A DNA stretch of 64,000 nt from Bacillota bacterium (GCA_023393065.1 JAEWMX010000005.1:9566-73565); one strand, 5' to 3'. Positions 13,012 through 22,173 are shown, numbered from the stretch's first letter. Translations and numbers: made by a program. Notes: generated by a model from the letters alone, not told the origin.

Positions 13012-14133
13012 TCAATAAGTGCGCACTGGGGTGACTAACTGAACGACAGAGTCATCTTTGTTGTTCTTGATTACAAACGGCTTCATTTCGCCGATAAACG
13101 CGATCGTCACGTCTTCGGTTTTTATAGCCCGGATAGCGGCTACGACATAATCGCTATTAAAGCTCATTTCAAGGCGGTCGCCGCTAAATTGGAAAGTCGA
13201 CAATTTTTCGTTGGCTGAACCAACTTGAGCCGACTTGCTAGCGACCTCAAGCGCGTCTTCTGTCATTGCGATTTTGACAACGTTTTCGCGTTCGACAGAA
13301 AGCAAAGAAACCCTTTCCATAGCCGAGATCAATTCAAGAGAGTTTACTTCTAAGAAGTAATTAAAAGTCTTAGGGATGATGTTTTTGGTGTTGGGGTAAT
13401 CGCCGTTAATCAGGCGTGAAGCGACGAGGGTGTTGTCGAACGAAAAAAGAATTTTCTTATCGCTGACAGCGAGGGTAACTTTTTCAGAATTTTCGAACAT
13501 TTTAGTAATTTCGACAAGAGTTCTTGCCGGGACGTTTGACACAAACGAGACAACATCGTCGATCGGAACCTCTTTACGAGCCAATCTAGCCGAGTCAGTG
13601 GCGGTAGCAATCAACTTTCCACCGGCGGCTTCTAGATTAACGGCCGTCAATATCGGTCTTTGCTCTTTGTTTGATGCCGCAAAGGCGGTTTGTTCAATTA
13701 ATCTCGTGAAATCGTGGCAAGCTATCTCGAACACGACGCCGTTGGCTTCGAGATCGACCTCTGGGTATTCATCGGCGCGTATTGAATTGAGTTTAAAACT
13801 TGACTTTCCGTCGTCGATTTTAACAACGGTTTCGTCTACGACTTCAATCGCGAGCTCTTCGCCTTCCATTCTTCTGGCGATCTCGGTGATTATTTTGCTA
13901 GCGACCAAGGTGGCACCGTATTTAGCGTTTCGAATGATTTCTTTTTCGCCGATCATGTTGGGGACGAGAGTGCTTATTGTCAGCTCGTTGTTTCCGCCAA
14001 CGATTGTCAACCCTTTCTCGTTGAGCACCAATTTAAGATTCATCAAAAGAGGGACGGGAACTTTCGATCCGATTGCTTTTGCGGCAGTCGTTAGGCCTTT
14101 GAGTAAGTGTTCACGAGTTATAGTTAATCTCAT
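13012..14133 (-). CDS. dnaN: DNA polymerase III beta sliding clamp
   Basis: 373 aa with typical DnaN sequence throughout and an AAGGAG RBS. Confidence 0.95.
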   Translation of the reverse strand: MRLTITREHLLKGLTTAAKAIGSKVPVPLLMNLKLVLNEKGLTIVGGNNELTISTLVPNMIGEKEIIRNAKYGATLVASKIITEIARRMEGEELAIEVVDETVVKIDDGKSSFKLNSIRADEYPEVDLEANGVVFEIACHDFTRLIEQTAFAASNKEQRPILTAVNLEAAGGKLIATATDSARLARKEVPIDDVVSFVSNVPARTLVEITKMFENSEKVTLAVSDKKILFSFDNTLVASRLINGDYPNTKNIIPKTFNYFLEVNSLELISAMERVSLLSVERENVVKIAMTEDALEVASKSAQVGSANEKLSTFQFSGDRLEMSFNSDYVVAAIRAIKTEDVTIAFIGEMKPFVIKNNKDDSVVQLVTPVRTY

Positions 14134-14171
14134 TTTTCTTCTCCTTAAGAATAAAGAATAATAATTAGCGC

Positions 14172-14189
14172 TGTGGATTGTGTGGATAA
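14172..14189. promoter_or_regulatory. tandem DnaA boxes (oriC, dnaA-dnaN spacer)
   Basis: TGTGGATTG (14172-14180) abuts TGTGGATAA (14181-14189). The latter is a perfect reverse complement of TTATCCACA. Confidence 0.7.
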
Positions 14190-14270
14190 CGGCGGTTTGG
14201 CTATCTCACGTCTTCTAAGTAATTGTACCACACCAGGCGGAAGGTATGAATACTTTTTATTTTATAAACA

Positions 14271-15626
14271 TCACTTCTTTAAACGCTTTTTCAGATCGTC
14301 GATTGCAGTTTGTAAAAAGGTGTCGGTTTTCAACGCTTTATCCACTTTTTCAACGGCATTCATAACAGTGGTGTGATCCTTGCCTCCAAACACCATGCCG
14401 ACCTTGGTTAAAGAAACATCGAGCATTGAGCGAATTAAATACATGGCGATGTGTCTTGCCATCGCGATTTGGTTAGTTCTAATCTTGCCGGTCAACTGTG
14501 AGGGGGTTAGGTTGTAGTAGTCAGCGACAACGTTGATAATTTTTGTTTCACTGAGTTTTGTTTTTGTGTCTTTTACATCGATGAGTGATTGGACGGATTC
14601 AATAGCTACGCCCATATCGATGTGTGCGGTCGGCTTAATGTTAATTGTGTAGAAGAGCAAACGATTGAAGGCGCCTTCTAATTCGCGAACGTTTTTTGAA
14701 AACTTTTCAGCAAAAAATGTCAGCACATCCTCATCAAAGTTGGCTATATCAAGATTATTTGCTGAGATTTTTAACTTTAAGATATCGACGCAGGTTTTGA
14801 TGTCGGGAGCGGCAATGTTGACGGTTAACCCCGCGTTAAAGCGCGACACTAAACGAGCCTCTACTCCTTGTAGTTCGCTCGGGTGTTTATCGCTGGTTAA
14901 AACGATTTGTTTGCCGGCGTTAATCATTGATGAAAAGATGTAAAAAAACATCTCTTCTGTCTTGATTTTGTTGGCTAAAAATTGAATGTCATCAATTAAT
15001 AAAACATCGATTCCTTTAAAGAAATCCTTAAGGTTTTCACCTTCCTTGTCGCCGGTTACATACTTGACAAACTCTTCGAAAAAATCCTCGGTTGAAAGGT
15101 ATAGAACCTTACTTACGGGCGCGTTTTCTTTTATATAATTGCCGATGGCGTGCAAAAGGTGAGTTTTTCCCAAACCGGATTGAGAGTATATAAATAAAGG
15201 ATTAAATAACCTACCTAACGAAGAAGCGATGGCAATCGAGGCTTGATAAGCTTCTAAATTTGAGGAACCAACTACAAAATTTGAAAAAGTGAGCTTCGAG
15301 TTTATGTAAGAGTTAGCAAAAAAAGTTGGCTTTGCGGCCGCTTGCTTAGCGATTGTTTGGACCTCGCTCGCCTGGACGAATTTGAGTTTGAAATCCGTTT
15401 CGGTAGATTCACGGACAACGCCGGTAATCATGTCTAGATATTTGGTTGACAAGATGTTGGCCGCCAATCCCGAATTCACGACAACGACCATCGTGTCGCC
15501 ATCGATGCTGTTAATATATGACCCGCTGAGGAAAGTATCAAAGATACGCGAATCGTTAATGCGACCTTTGATACTGTCGAGGATTCGATCCCATAATTTG
15601 CTAATTTCTGATATTGAACTGGTCAT
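14271..15626 (-). CDS. dnaA: chromosomal replication initiator DnaA
   Basis: Start set at ATG 15626 (MTSSISEISKLWDRIL), preceded by GGAGGG. It has Walker A GLGKTHL and the C-terminal DNA-binding domain. The 104 upstream codons in the ORF track cover the DnaA-box region. Confidence 0.95.
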   Translation of the reverse strand: MTSSISEISKLWDRILDSIKGRINDSRIFDTFLSGSYINSIDGDTMVVVVNSGLAANILSTKYLDMITGVVRESTETDFKLKFVQASEVQTIAKQAAAKPTFFANSYINSKLTFSNFVVGSSNLEAYQASIAIASSLGRLFNPLFIYSQSGLGKTHLLHAIGNYIKENAPVSKVLYLSTEDFFEEFVKYVTGDKEGENLKDFFKGIDVLLIDDIQFLANKIKTEEMFFYIFSSMINAGKQIVLTSDKHPSELQGVEARLVSRFNAGLTVNIAAPDIKTCVDILKLKISANNLDIANFDEDVLTFFAEKFSKNVRELEGAFNRLLFYTINIKPTAHIDMGVAIESVQSLIDVKDTKTKLSETKIINVVADYYNLTPSQLTGKIRTNQIAMARHIAMYLIRSMLDVSLTKVGMVFGGKDHTTVMNAVEKVDKALKTDTFLQTAIDDLKKRLKK

Positions 15627-15658
15627 ACACGAACCCTCCAAGTACATAAAAATATAAC

Positions 15659-15802
15659 ATATCCACAGGTGAAAAACACCGGAAAAAGAGGCAAAATTAA
15701 GTTTTCCACCATTTGATATGAAAAACGACCGATTAGACGCGCAATTTTCTTTCTCCACAAAATTGTCTTGTGGAAAACTTGTGGACATTTTTGTGTGGAT
15801 AC
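15659..15802. promoter_or_regulatory. DnaA-box cluster (oriC, upstream of dnaA)
   Basis: Boxes: ATATCCACA 15659-15667, TTCTCCACA 15751-15759, TGTGGAAAA 15769-15777, TGTGGACAT 15780-15788 and TGTGGATAC 15794-15802. Confidence 0.7.
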
Positions 15803-16040
15803 CGCCTTGTGGTTTCTGTTGAATAAATTCCACCGCAAAGCGCTTTTTACCACAGAAACAAACATCGATGCAGTCGACACTTTTATTGATTTGCCACAAG
15901 AAATTATCATCGAATTCACATGCTGTGATTAACAACAATTTGAACCATTGGCTAACTTTATTCGAGCTGTGGTTTCACCCTTTTTTGGTGGAAAGGGTTA
16001 ACACGCAAAACATCCTTATTACGCATGCGCCTTTATTTAT

Positions 16041-16069
16041 TTGACTTAGCATACATTAAACTATATAAT
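16041..16069 (+). promoter_or_regulatory. sigma-70-type promoter of rpmH operon
   Basis: TTGACT (16041-16046), a 17-nt spacer, then TATAAT (16064-16069). Confidence 0.6.
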
Positions 16070-16103
16070 CATTTCGCGTAATCACACACGAGGAGAGCAG
16101 ATT

Positions 16104-16238
16104 ATGAAAAGAACATATCAACCAAGTAAGAAAAAACACTCAGCCGTTCACGGTTTTCGCGAGAGAATGAAAACTCCAAACGGCCGTAAGACCCTGGCTA
16201 GACGCCGCGAAAAAGGAAGAGCGGTTATTTCCGCCTAA
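16104..16238 (+). CDS. rpmH: 50S ribosomal protein L34
   Basis: Translated by eye as [44 protein letters not shown] (44 aa), with an AGGAGAG RBS. It is too short for the ORF track. Confidence 0.95.
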   Translation: MKRTYQPSKKKHSAVHGFRERMKTPNGRKTLARRREKGRAVISA

Positions 16239-16266
16239 GTATTTTGGCTGGAAAGAGGAGAGGTTT

Positions 16267-16614
16267 GTGAAAAGGCAGTACCGATTACGCAAATCGGAAG
16301 ACTTCCACCGCATTATTCACGCATCGCGTTTTGTTAAGAACCACCTCTTCGTAATTTATTATCAACCAAACGAATTAAACGCCGTCCGTGTCGGCATCTC
16401 AATTCCTAAAAGAATTGGCATCGCCGTCACGCGCAACAAAATCAAGCGGCAAATCAAAGCCATTCTTCGAGAAGCCCTCGACGTCAGTAGATCAATCGAC
16501 TATGTTATCGTGCCGAAGCACAATTATAATGGCGATGAATTTAATAAATCACACGACGCGTTGAAGGATCTTCTTGAAAAGATCGGAGACCATAATTTTG
16601 AAAAAATCAACTAA
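16267..16614 (+). CDS. rnpA: ribonuclease P protein component
   Basis: 115 aa, basic, with a GTG start after GGAGAGG. It sits in the conserved position after rpmH. Confidence 0.9.
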   Translation: MKRQYRLRKSEDFHRIIHASRFVKNHLFVIYYQPNELNAVRVGISIPKRIGIAVTRNKIKRQIKAILREALDVSRSIDYVIVPKHNYNGDEFNKSHDALKDLLEKIGDHNFEKIN

Positions 16615-18046
16615 GCGCATACTAACTTTTGGCGGTCTTTTTATGGCGGTTGTTCTCATCAGCGGTTGTACCGCGAGCTTTTGTTCAAACAATGACCGCG
16701 CCAACATTTTGTACACATATGAAAAAGGCGTATCCGTATATGAAGACAACGCCGTTGACGGGGCCGAGGTTTTTGCCGGCAACTCAATTCTTAAACGCCT
16801 TGTTCCGAAGTCAGATGACCAATATCAGAATAGCGCGTTGCTTCAAAGCGTCATTGTCGATGCGAAAGCCAACGCCATCAATGTTCCGACCGAAACTTAT
16901 TTTGTCGCCATCGACCAAAAAGTTTTGGAGACGGCCCTTCTTTCTCAGTATGGTCTAAGCGTTGATTTTACAACGATTGATGCCGAACAAGCTAACCTCG
17001 CTTTAACTAGATTTGGTTATTTGAAATTTGCGGGTTCAGGCGAAGAAAACAATCTTTTTGAAACATGGGATGGATGGACCGCCGAACTTCGCGTCAGCCT
17101 TGGCGCTGAGCAAGTACCAAACCAAGACTTCACCAAACTTTATAAAGATAAACTCAATACCACCATTTCAACCTATCGGGCTTGTATCGCTGTAAACGAT
17201 GGTAATTATGGAAAATACGGAAACGACGGAAACACCGAAGCGTTTATCGAGGGCAAGAGCTGGGGCTATGCTTGGTCAAAAGGACCAATCGAAGGGTTGC
17301 TCGTCTACCCAGTTGCTTTCTTGGTTGATTATTTCTCTTTCTCGTTTGGCATGAATGGCTGGGGTCAAATCGGAGCTGTCGCCCTCGTTACACTTATCGT
17401 CAGGACATTAATTCTCTTGACGACAATTAAGTCGACAATGGGTCAGCAGAAAATGCAGGCTTTACAGCCTGAGTTAGCGAAAATTCAAGCTAAATATCCA
17501 AACTCAAATACCAATCAAGCTGAAAAACAACGCCTCGCCCAAGAGCAGATGGCGCTTTATAAGAAAAATAAAATAAATCCCCTCGGGCAAATTCTTGTCC
17601 TCATCGTTCAGTTCCCGGTCTTTATTGCTGTTTGGGGTGCTATGACCGGCGCCGCCGTCCTTTCTTCTGACGCTGTTTTAGGTCTCAACCTAAGCGCTGG
17701 TTTAGGAACTTCTATTCTCGACATCGCTGGCTGGCCCAATGCCGCCGGTTGGTGGACCGCGGTCGTCTTGTTTATCTTGATGGGCGTCGCGCAATTTATA
17801 TCGATGAAACTTCCGCAATGGATGCAAAAAGCGCGGACCAAGAATATCAAAAAACTTTCAAAAAATCCCGCTCAAGACAAACAATCAAAGCAAATGAAAT
17901 GGTTTAGCAACATCATGTTGGTCATGATCATCGTGATGGGCTTTAGTTTACCGGCCGCCATGGGCGTGTACTGGTTTATCGGTGCGATTATCTCCATCGT
18001 TCAAACCCTGATCATGCAGACGGTGATGGCGCGCAGTAAGAAATAA
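16598..18046 (+). CDS. yidC: membrane protein insertase YidC (lipoprotein type, long N-terminal extracytoplasmic domain)
   Basis: Conserved YidC core with a C-terminal basic tail. The signal peptide MKKSTKRILTFGGLFMAVVLISGC carries a lipobox. TTG 16598 follows GGAGA by 9 nt. The ORF track start at 16574 is an alternative. Confidence 0.85.
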   Translation: MKKSTKRILTFGGLFMAVVLISGCTASFCSNNDRANILYTYEKGVSVYEDNAVDGAEVFAGNSILKRLVPKSDDQYQNSALLQSVIVDAKANAINVPTETYFVAIDQKVLETALLSQYGLSVDFTTIDAEQANLALTRFGYLKFAGSGEENNLFETWDGWTAELRVSLGAEQVPNQDFTKLYKDKLNTTISTYRACIAVNDGNYGKYGNDGNTEAFIEGKSWGYAWSKGPIEGLLVYPVAFLVDYFSFSFGMNGWGQIGAVALVTLIVRTLILLTTIKSTMGQQKMQALQPELAKIQAKYPNSNTNQAEKQRLAQEQMALYKKNKINPLGQILVLIVQFPVFIAVWGAMTGAAVLSSDAVLGLNLSAGLGTSILDIAGWPNAAGWWTAVVLFILMGVAQFISMKLPQWMQKARTKNIKKLSKNPAQDKQSKQMKWFSNIMLVMIIVMGFSLPAAMGVYWFIGAIISIVQTLIMQTVMARSKK

Positions 18047-18057
18047 AGGAGTTTTCT

Positions 18058-18654
18058 ATGAAGAAATATCAAGCCAAAACAATTGATGAAGCCGTGGAAA
18101 TGGCAGCGCAGGAACTAGGCGTTTTGCCTAGCGAAGTCAATTTCGCGGTCCAAGAGGAGAAAAAAGGCCTCTTCAAAAAAGTTACGATTGAAGTGTACGA
18201 ATTAAGCGATGCTATCGAATTTGCCGAGGAGTATCTTAAGAACGTCACCTCGTCGCTGGGAATTGAATCCGAAACGACGACCGTCTTAAAAGACGACATT
18301 ATACACATCTCGCTTAATTCCGACCACAACCCGATTCTCATCGGTAAAAACGGAAAGACATTGCAGGCCCTCAACGAACTGGCGAGGCTCGCTGTCTCGT
18401 CTAAGTTTAAAAAGCGGTTTAGAATCCTTCTTGATATCAACGACTACAAAGACGGCAAATATTCCCGCGTTGCTTTCGCTGCCCGCAAGGCTGCTAAAGA
18501 AGTCCAAAAAACGAAGATGGATGCCACCCTCGAACCGATGCCGGCAGATGAAAGAAGAGTCGTTCATAATGCCTTGGCTAATTTCTCGCACATTAAGACT
18601 GAGTCTTCCGGCGAGGGACACCATCGCGCCGTCGTCATTAAATACATCGATTAA
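18058..18654 (+). CDS. jag: Jag/KhpB RNA-binding protein (KH + R3H domains)
   Basis: 198 aa with the R3H-type C-terminus (ERRVVHNAL), in the conserved position after yidC. Confidence 0.85.
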   Translation: MKKYQAKTIDEAVEMAAQELGVLPSEVNFAVQEEKKGLFKKVTIEVYELSDAIEFAEEYLKNVTSSLGIESETTTVLKDDIIHISLNSDHNPILIGKNGKTLQALNELARLAVSSKFKKRFRILLDINDYKDGKYSRVAFAARKAAKEVQKTKMDATLEPMPADERRVVHNALANFSHIKTESSGEGHHRAVVIKYID

Positions 18655-18657
18655 TTA

Positions 18658-18678
18658 AGAGCCTTATGGCTCTTTTTT
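18658..18678 (+). terminator. rho-independent terminator after jag
   Basis: AGAGCC-TTAT-GGCTCT followed by TTTTT. Confidence 0.6.
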
Positions 18679-18694
18679 GCCATAAAGGAAAAAG

Positions 18695-20014
18695 ATGCAC
18701 GAAACGATTGTCGCCCTTGCGACACCACCACTTAAATCCGCACTAGCCGTCATCCGACTTTCCGGAGATGATTGTTTTGAAGTTGTCTCAAAGGTGTTCA
18801 GCCACGACTTAAGAAACATTAATAAAAGAAATGTCTATGTCGGTCACATTTTAAACAAAACCGAAATCATCGACGAAGTCGTTTTAATCGCTTATGTCAA
18901 TCCCAAGTCCTACACGGGCGAAAATTCCGTCGAAATAATCAGTCACGGATCGATGCTGATCGCTGATGAAATCATCGAACTCTTAATTTCCGCGGGTGCT
19001 CGTCTCGCCTTTAATGGCGAGTTTTCATCCCGCGCCTATCTCAACGGAAAAATTGATTTGATACAAGCCGAAGCCATCGACGATTTAATTAACGCTAAAA
19101 CCCATGAGGCCAAGCAAATATCCTTGTATTCGCTAAAAGGGGAGACGAGCAAACTCGTCGCGCCGATTAAAAAGGAAATCGCCGATTTATTAAGCCAGAT
19201 TGAAGTCAATATCGATTTCCCCGAATACGAAGACATTGAAGAAGTCAGTCGCTCGCAAGTCATCGCTGTCGCCGAGAAGATTATCGCAGATGTCACAAAA
19301 CTAATTCACGACGGAAGGCAAGGACAAATCGTTAAAGATGGTATTAAAGTCGCCATCATTGGTAAACCAAACGTTGGCAAATCATCGCTATTAAATGCGA
19401 TGATAGGTCAAGAAAAAGCAATCGTGACCAATATTCCAGGGACGACGCGAGACATCGTTGAAGGCGAGATCAATTTAAAGGGAATCACCTTGCACATCCT
19501 CGACACCGCCGGCATTCGCGAAGGCGATAACGAGATTGAAGCCATCGGCATTAAAAAAGCCAAGAGAGCCACGGAAGAAGCTGATTTGGTGATACTCGTT
19601 CGCGACGCGAGCGAACAGGACGACGAATCGTTCCTCACCCTTGTTAAAAACAAGAAACACATAATCGTGTATAACAAAAGCGATATTGCCAAGAACAAAA
19701 ATGCTAACAATTTATACATTTCGGCTTTAAATAAAGATATTGATCCGCTCCTTAAAAAAATCGCCGAGACGCTTTCGATCAGCCGCGAAGTTTTTGAACA
19801 ACCAAGTTTAAATAACGCTCGCCAACTCGGGCTTCTAGGCTCGATTTGCGAGAATTTGCAACAAGCGGTCGAAGACGCCAAAAATGATCAACCCATCGAT
19901 TTGGTCAGCGTTAGTCTTCTTAGCGCCTATAACGCCACCCTGGAAATTCTTGGAGAAGGGAACAAAAACGACATCAGCGAGGAAATCTTTTCGCGCTTCT
20001 GCGTCGGTAAATAA
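18695..20014 (+). CDS. mnmE: tRNA modification GTPase MnmE
   Basis: 439 aa with G-domain GKPNVGKSSLLN and DTAG motifs, and a C-terminal CVGK. Confidence 0.95.
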   Translation: MHETIVALATPPLKSALAVIRLSGDDCFEVVSKVFSHDLRNINKRNVYVGHILNKTEIIDEVVLIAYVNPKSYTGENSVEIISHGSMLIADEIIELLISAGARLAFNGEFSSRAYLNGKIDLIQAEAIDDLINAKTHEAKQISLYSLKGETSKLVAPIKKEIADLLSQIEVNIDFPEYEDIEEVSRSQVIAVAEKIIADVTKLIHDGRQGQIVKDGIKVAIIGKPNVGKSSLLNAMIGQEKAIVTNIPGTTRDIVEGEINLKGITLHILDTAGIREGDNEIEAIGIKKAKRATEEADLVILVRDASEQDDESFLTLVKNKKHIIVYNKSDIAKNKNANNLYISALNKDIDPLLKKIAETLSISREVFEQPSLNNARQLGLLGSICENLQQAVEDAKNDQPIDLVSVSLLSAYNATLEILGEGNKNDISEEIFSRFCVGK

Positions 20015-20016
20015 AC

Positions 20017-20787
20017 ATGATTGATTCACACTGCCACCTCAACCACAATTCTTTTTACTCAAACCCCAAAAAATACATTGATGAAGCTATGTCTAAGGGC
20101 GTTGAGGCTTTTCTTGTCATCGGCTACGATTTGGATTCTTCAAAGCGCGCTTTTGAGCTCGCAAAGCGCTTTGAAAACATCTATGCAGCGGTTGGCATCC
20201 ATCCGACGGATATCAAAAAACGCGGGCCCAACGATTTAAAAGAAATCGAAGATATGCTTACTCACCCGAAAGTCATCGGTTATGGTGAAATCGGCCTCGA
20301 TTACTACTGGGATAAAGACGAAAAAACGCAAAAAGAGCAAAAACTCTACTTTATCGAGCAAATAAAAACCGCTAACAAATATCATAAGCCGATTATCGTC
20401 CATAACCGTGATGCGGCATATGACACCTATAAAATATTAACTGATAACACTCCCCTGTACGGAGGCATCATGCACTGCTATTCAGGCAGCGCCGAAATGG
20501 TATCTAACTACACGAACCTCGGATTGTATATTTCCCTTGGTGGACCAGTGACTTTTCTTAACGCCAAGACGCCTAAGGAAGTTGCAAAAATAACACCCCT
20601 AAACTATCTGCTAATCGAGACCGACTCCCCCTATCTTGCCCCACATCCGCTACGCGGGCAGCCAAATAACCCAGGGAATTTACCACTAATATTAAACGAG
20701 ATCGCCCATCTTAGAAATGTCGATGCGCAGACAATTGATGAGGCGACGACCTCCAACTTTAAACGCCTTTTCCAATTAGAAAAATGA
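20017..20787 (+). CDS. tatD: TatD family metal-dependent DNase/hydrolase
   Basis: 256 aa with the N-terminal DSHCHL motif and GEIGLDY. Confidence 0.85.
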   Translation: MIDSHCHLNHNSFYSNPKKYIDEAMSKGVEAFLVIGYDLDSSKRAFELAKRFENIYAAVGIHPTDIKKRGPNDLKEIEDMLTHPKVIGYGEIGLDYYWDKDEKTQKEQKLYFIEQIKTANKYHKPIIVHNRDAAYDTYKILTDNTPLYGGIMHCYSGSAEMVSNYTNLGLYISLGGPVTFLNAKTPKEVAKITPLNYLLIETDSPYLAPHPLRGQPNNPGNLPLILNEIAHLRNVDAQTIDEATTSNFKRLFQLEK

Positions 20788-21329
20788 AAAAAACCAAAAT
20801 CAACGCTATCATCGTCGTCGAAGGGGTAACCGATGTTGCCTTTCTGACATCATTTATCGATGCTGAATTAGTATCGACAAACGGCTCAGATGTCCCGGTC
20901 TCGACAATTGCATATTTGAAAGAGCAAAGTAAAATAAAACCGATTGTCGTGCTTACCGATCCCGATTCACCGGGGCAAAAAATACGGGCTAAGCTCGATG
21001 AACACATCGTCAATCTAAGGCACTGCTTTATCGATAAAAAAAACGCAGTAAGAGATGGCAAAGTCGGCGTCGCCGAGGCTAGTAAGCACGCTGTTTTGAA
21101 AGCCCTCGAACACCAATTGGTTTTTGACGCGTGCTGTCAAGGGTCGATCAGGCAGATTGACCTGTTCAATTTAGGTCTTGTCGGAACCTCGAAGTCACAT
21201 CAAAAACGGATGGCGATCGCCGACCGTTTTCATATGGGATATGCAAACGGTAAGCAATTTTTAAAAAGAGCTAACTCCCTCAATTTAACCTATCAAGAAC
21301 TCGAGGACGCAATGCATGAAATTCGTTAG
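20784..21329 (+). CDS. rnmV: ribonuclease M5 (Toprim)
   Basis: 181 aa with Toprim motifs VVEG..D and LTDPD.PG. It has an ATGA overlap with tatD. Confidence 0.85.
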   Translation: MKKTKINAIIVVEGVTDVAFLTSFIDAELVSTNGSDVPVSTIAYLKEQSKIKPIVVLTDPDSPGQKIRAKLDEHIVNLRHCFIDKKNAVRDGKVGVAEASKHAVLKALEHQLVFDACCQGSIRQIDLFNLGLVGTSKSHQKRMAIADRFHMGYANGKQFLKRANSLNLTYQELEDAMHEIR

Positions 21330-22131
21330 TCAACAATCATTTTTTGATTATATCAAAACCTTGAGATATTTAGCCTCGAAGGATCTTGGCCAAAACTTTT
21401 TAATCAACGAGATTTTTGCGGCCAAAATCGTAAAAAGCATCAACCCAAATAACGGTGAACAAATCCTAGAAATAGGATCGGGTTTTGGCTCCCTTTCGTA
21501 CTTTCTTGTAAGATATAGGGCTGCGATTACACTTCTTGATGTCGACCCCAAAATCATTGCTTTCTTAAGTGAGCAATTCGGCGAGATGTCCAATGTCAAA
21601 ATCGTCCAAGAAAGCATTCTCAAACACGACCTCTCGATCTACGATAAAATCATCGGCAATCTCCCTTACTACATAACGAGCGAGACCATTGAATACTGCC
21701 TGCTAAATTCTTATCGTGTGAAAAGTATGGTTTTCATGATTCAAAAAGAAGTCCTTTCCCGCCTGATTTCCCAACCCAAACAAGATGGTTACGGCCCTCT
21801 GGCTATTCTCGTTTCCTTTCTTGGCGAGGCAAAGCGCGTTTTTAATGTCGGCCGGAGCAATTTTGTCCCCGCCCCCAAAGTCGACTCGGTAGTGGTGGAA
21901 ATCAATATGAAACAAGATATTGATCATGAGACCGCTCGGCAATTGCACAAAATTACCAACAGCCTTTTTCATCATCGCCGCAAAACGATACGCAATAACT
22001 TAACGCTCTATTTAAAAAGCAGCGAAAAAGCCGATAGGCTAATAGCCGAGCTCGGAGTTGACGGCTCCAAAAGACCGGAAGAACTCGATTTGTCGTTTTA
22101 TTTAAGACTGATAAAACAATTGAAGTTTTAA
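21316..22131 (+). CDS. rsmA: 16S rRNA (adenine1518/1519-N6)-dimethyltransferase
   Basis: 271 aa with LGQNFL, the SAM motif EIGSGFG and NLPY. Confidence 0.9.
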   Translation: MKFVSQQSFFDYIKTLRYLASKDLGQNFLINEIFAAKIVKSINPNNGEQILEIGSGFGSLSYFLVRYRAAITLLDVDPKIIAFLSEQFGEMSNVKIVQESILKHDLSIYDKIIGNLPYYITSETIEYCLLNSYRVKSMVFMIQKEVLSRLISQPKQDGYGPLAILVSFLGEAKRVFNVGRSNFVPAPKVDSVVVEINMKQDIDHETARQLHKITNSLFHHRRKTIRNNLTLYLKSSEKADRLIAELGVDGSKRPEELDLSFYLRLIKQLKF

Positions 22132-22173
22132 TACTTCAAAGATACAATGAATATCGCCAAAAGGAAGCCCTCG

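Noticed and set aside
13430-14161. 243-aa ORF on the plus strand inside dnaN. Similar long antisense ORFs occur at 10768-11295 (in gyrB), 25687-26145 (in ppdK), 19408-19881 (in mnmE), 40931-41287 (in ftsH) and 1244-1672 (in adh/tetR).
   Set aside because: Each lies entirely antisense to a highly conserved gene. Their composition is Ser/Leu/Thr/Ala-rich and low-complexity, typical of the stop-poor antisense frame. None has an SD, a promoter or a recognisable motif. They are shadow ORFs.
15659-15680. parS-like sequence (TATCCACAGGTGAAAAACA) compared with TGTTCCACGTGAAACA.
   Set aside because: It requires insertions and several mismatches and is not palindromic. It is better explained as a DnaA box followed by unrelated sequence.
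15627-15938. 104-codon N-terminal extension of dnaA in the ORF track.
   Set aside because: The extension covers the DnaA-box cluster, has no DnaA-like sequence, and has no RBS. The internal ATG at 15626 has GGAGGG upstream and begins a typical DnaA N-terminus.
20784-20787. Possibility that this Mollicutes-like genome uses genetic code 4 (TGA = Trp).
   Set aside because: TGA terminates several conserved genes at the expected length (tatD at 20785-20787, the first tetR at 1310-1312). Trp is encoded by TGG throughout, so the standard code applies.
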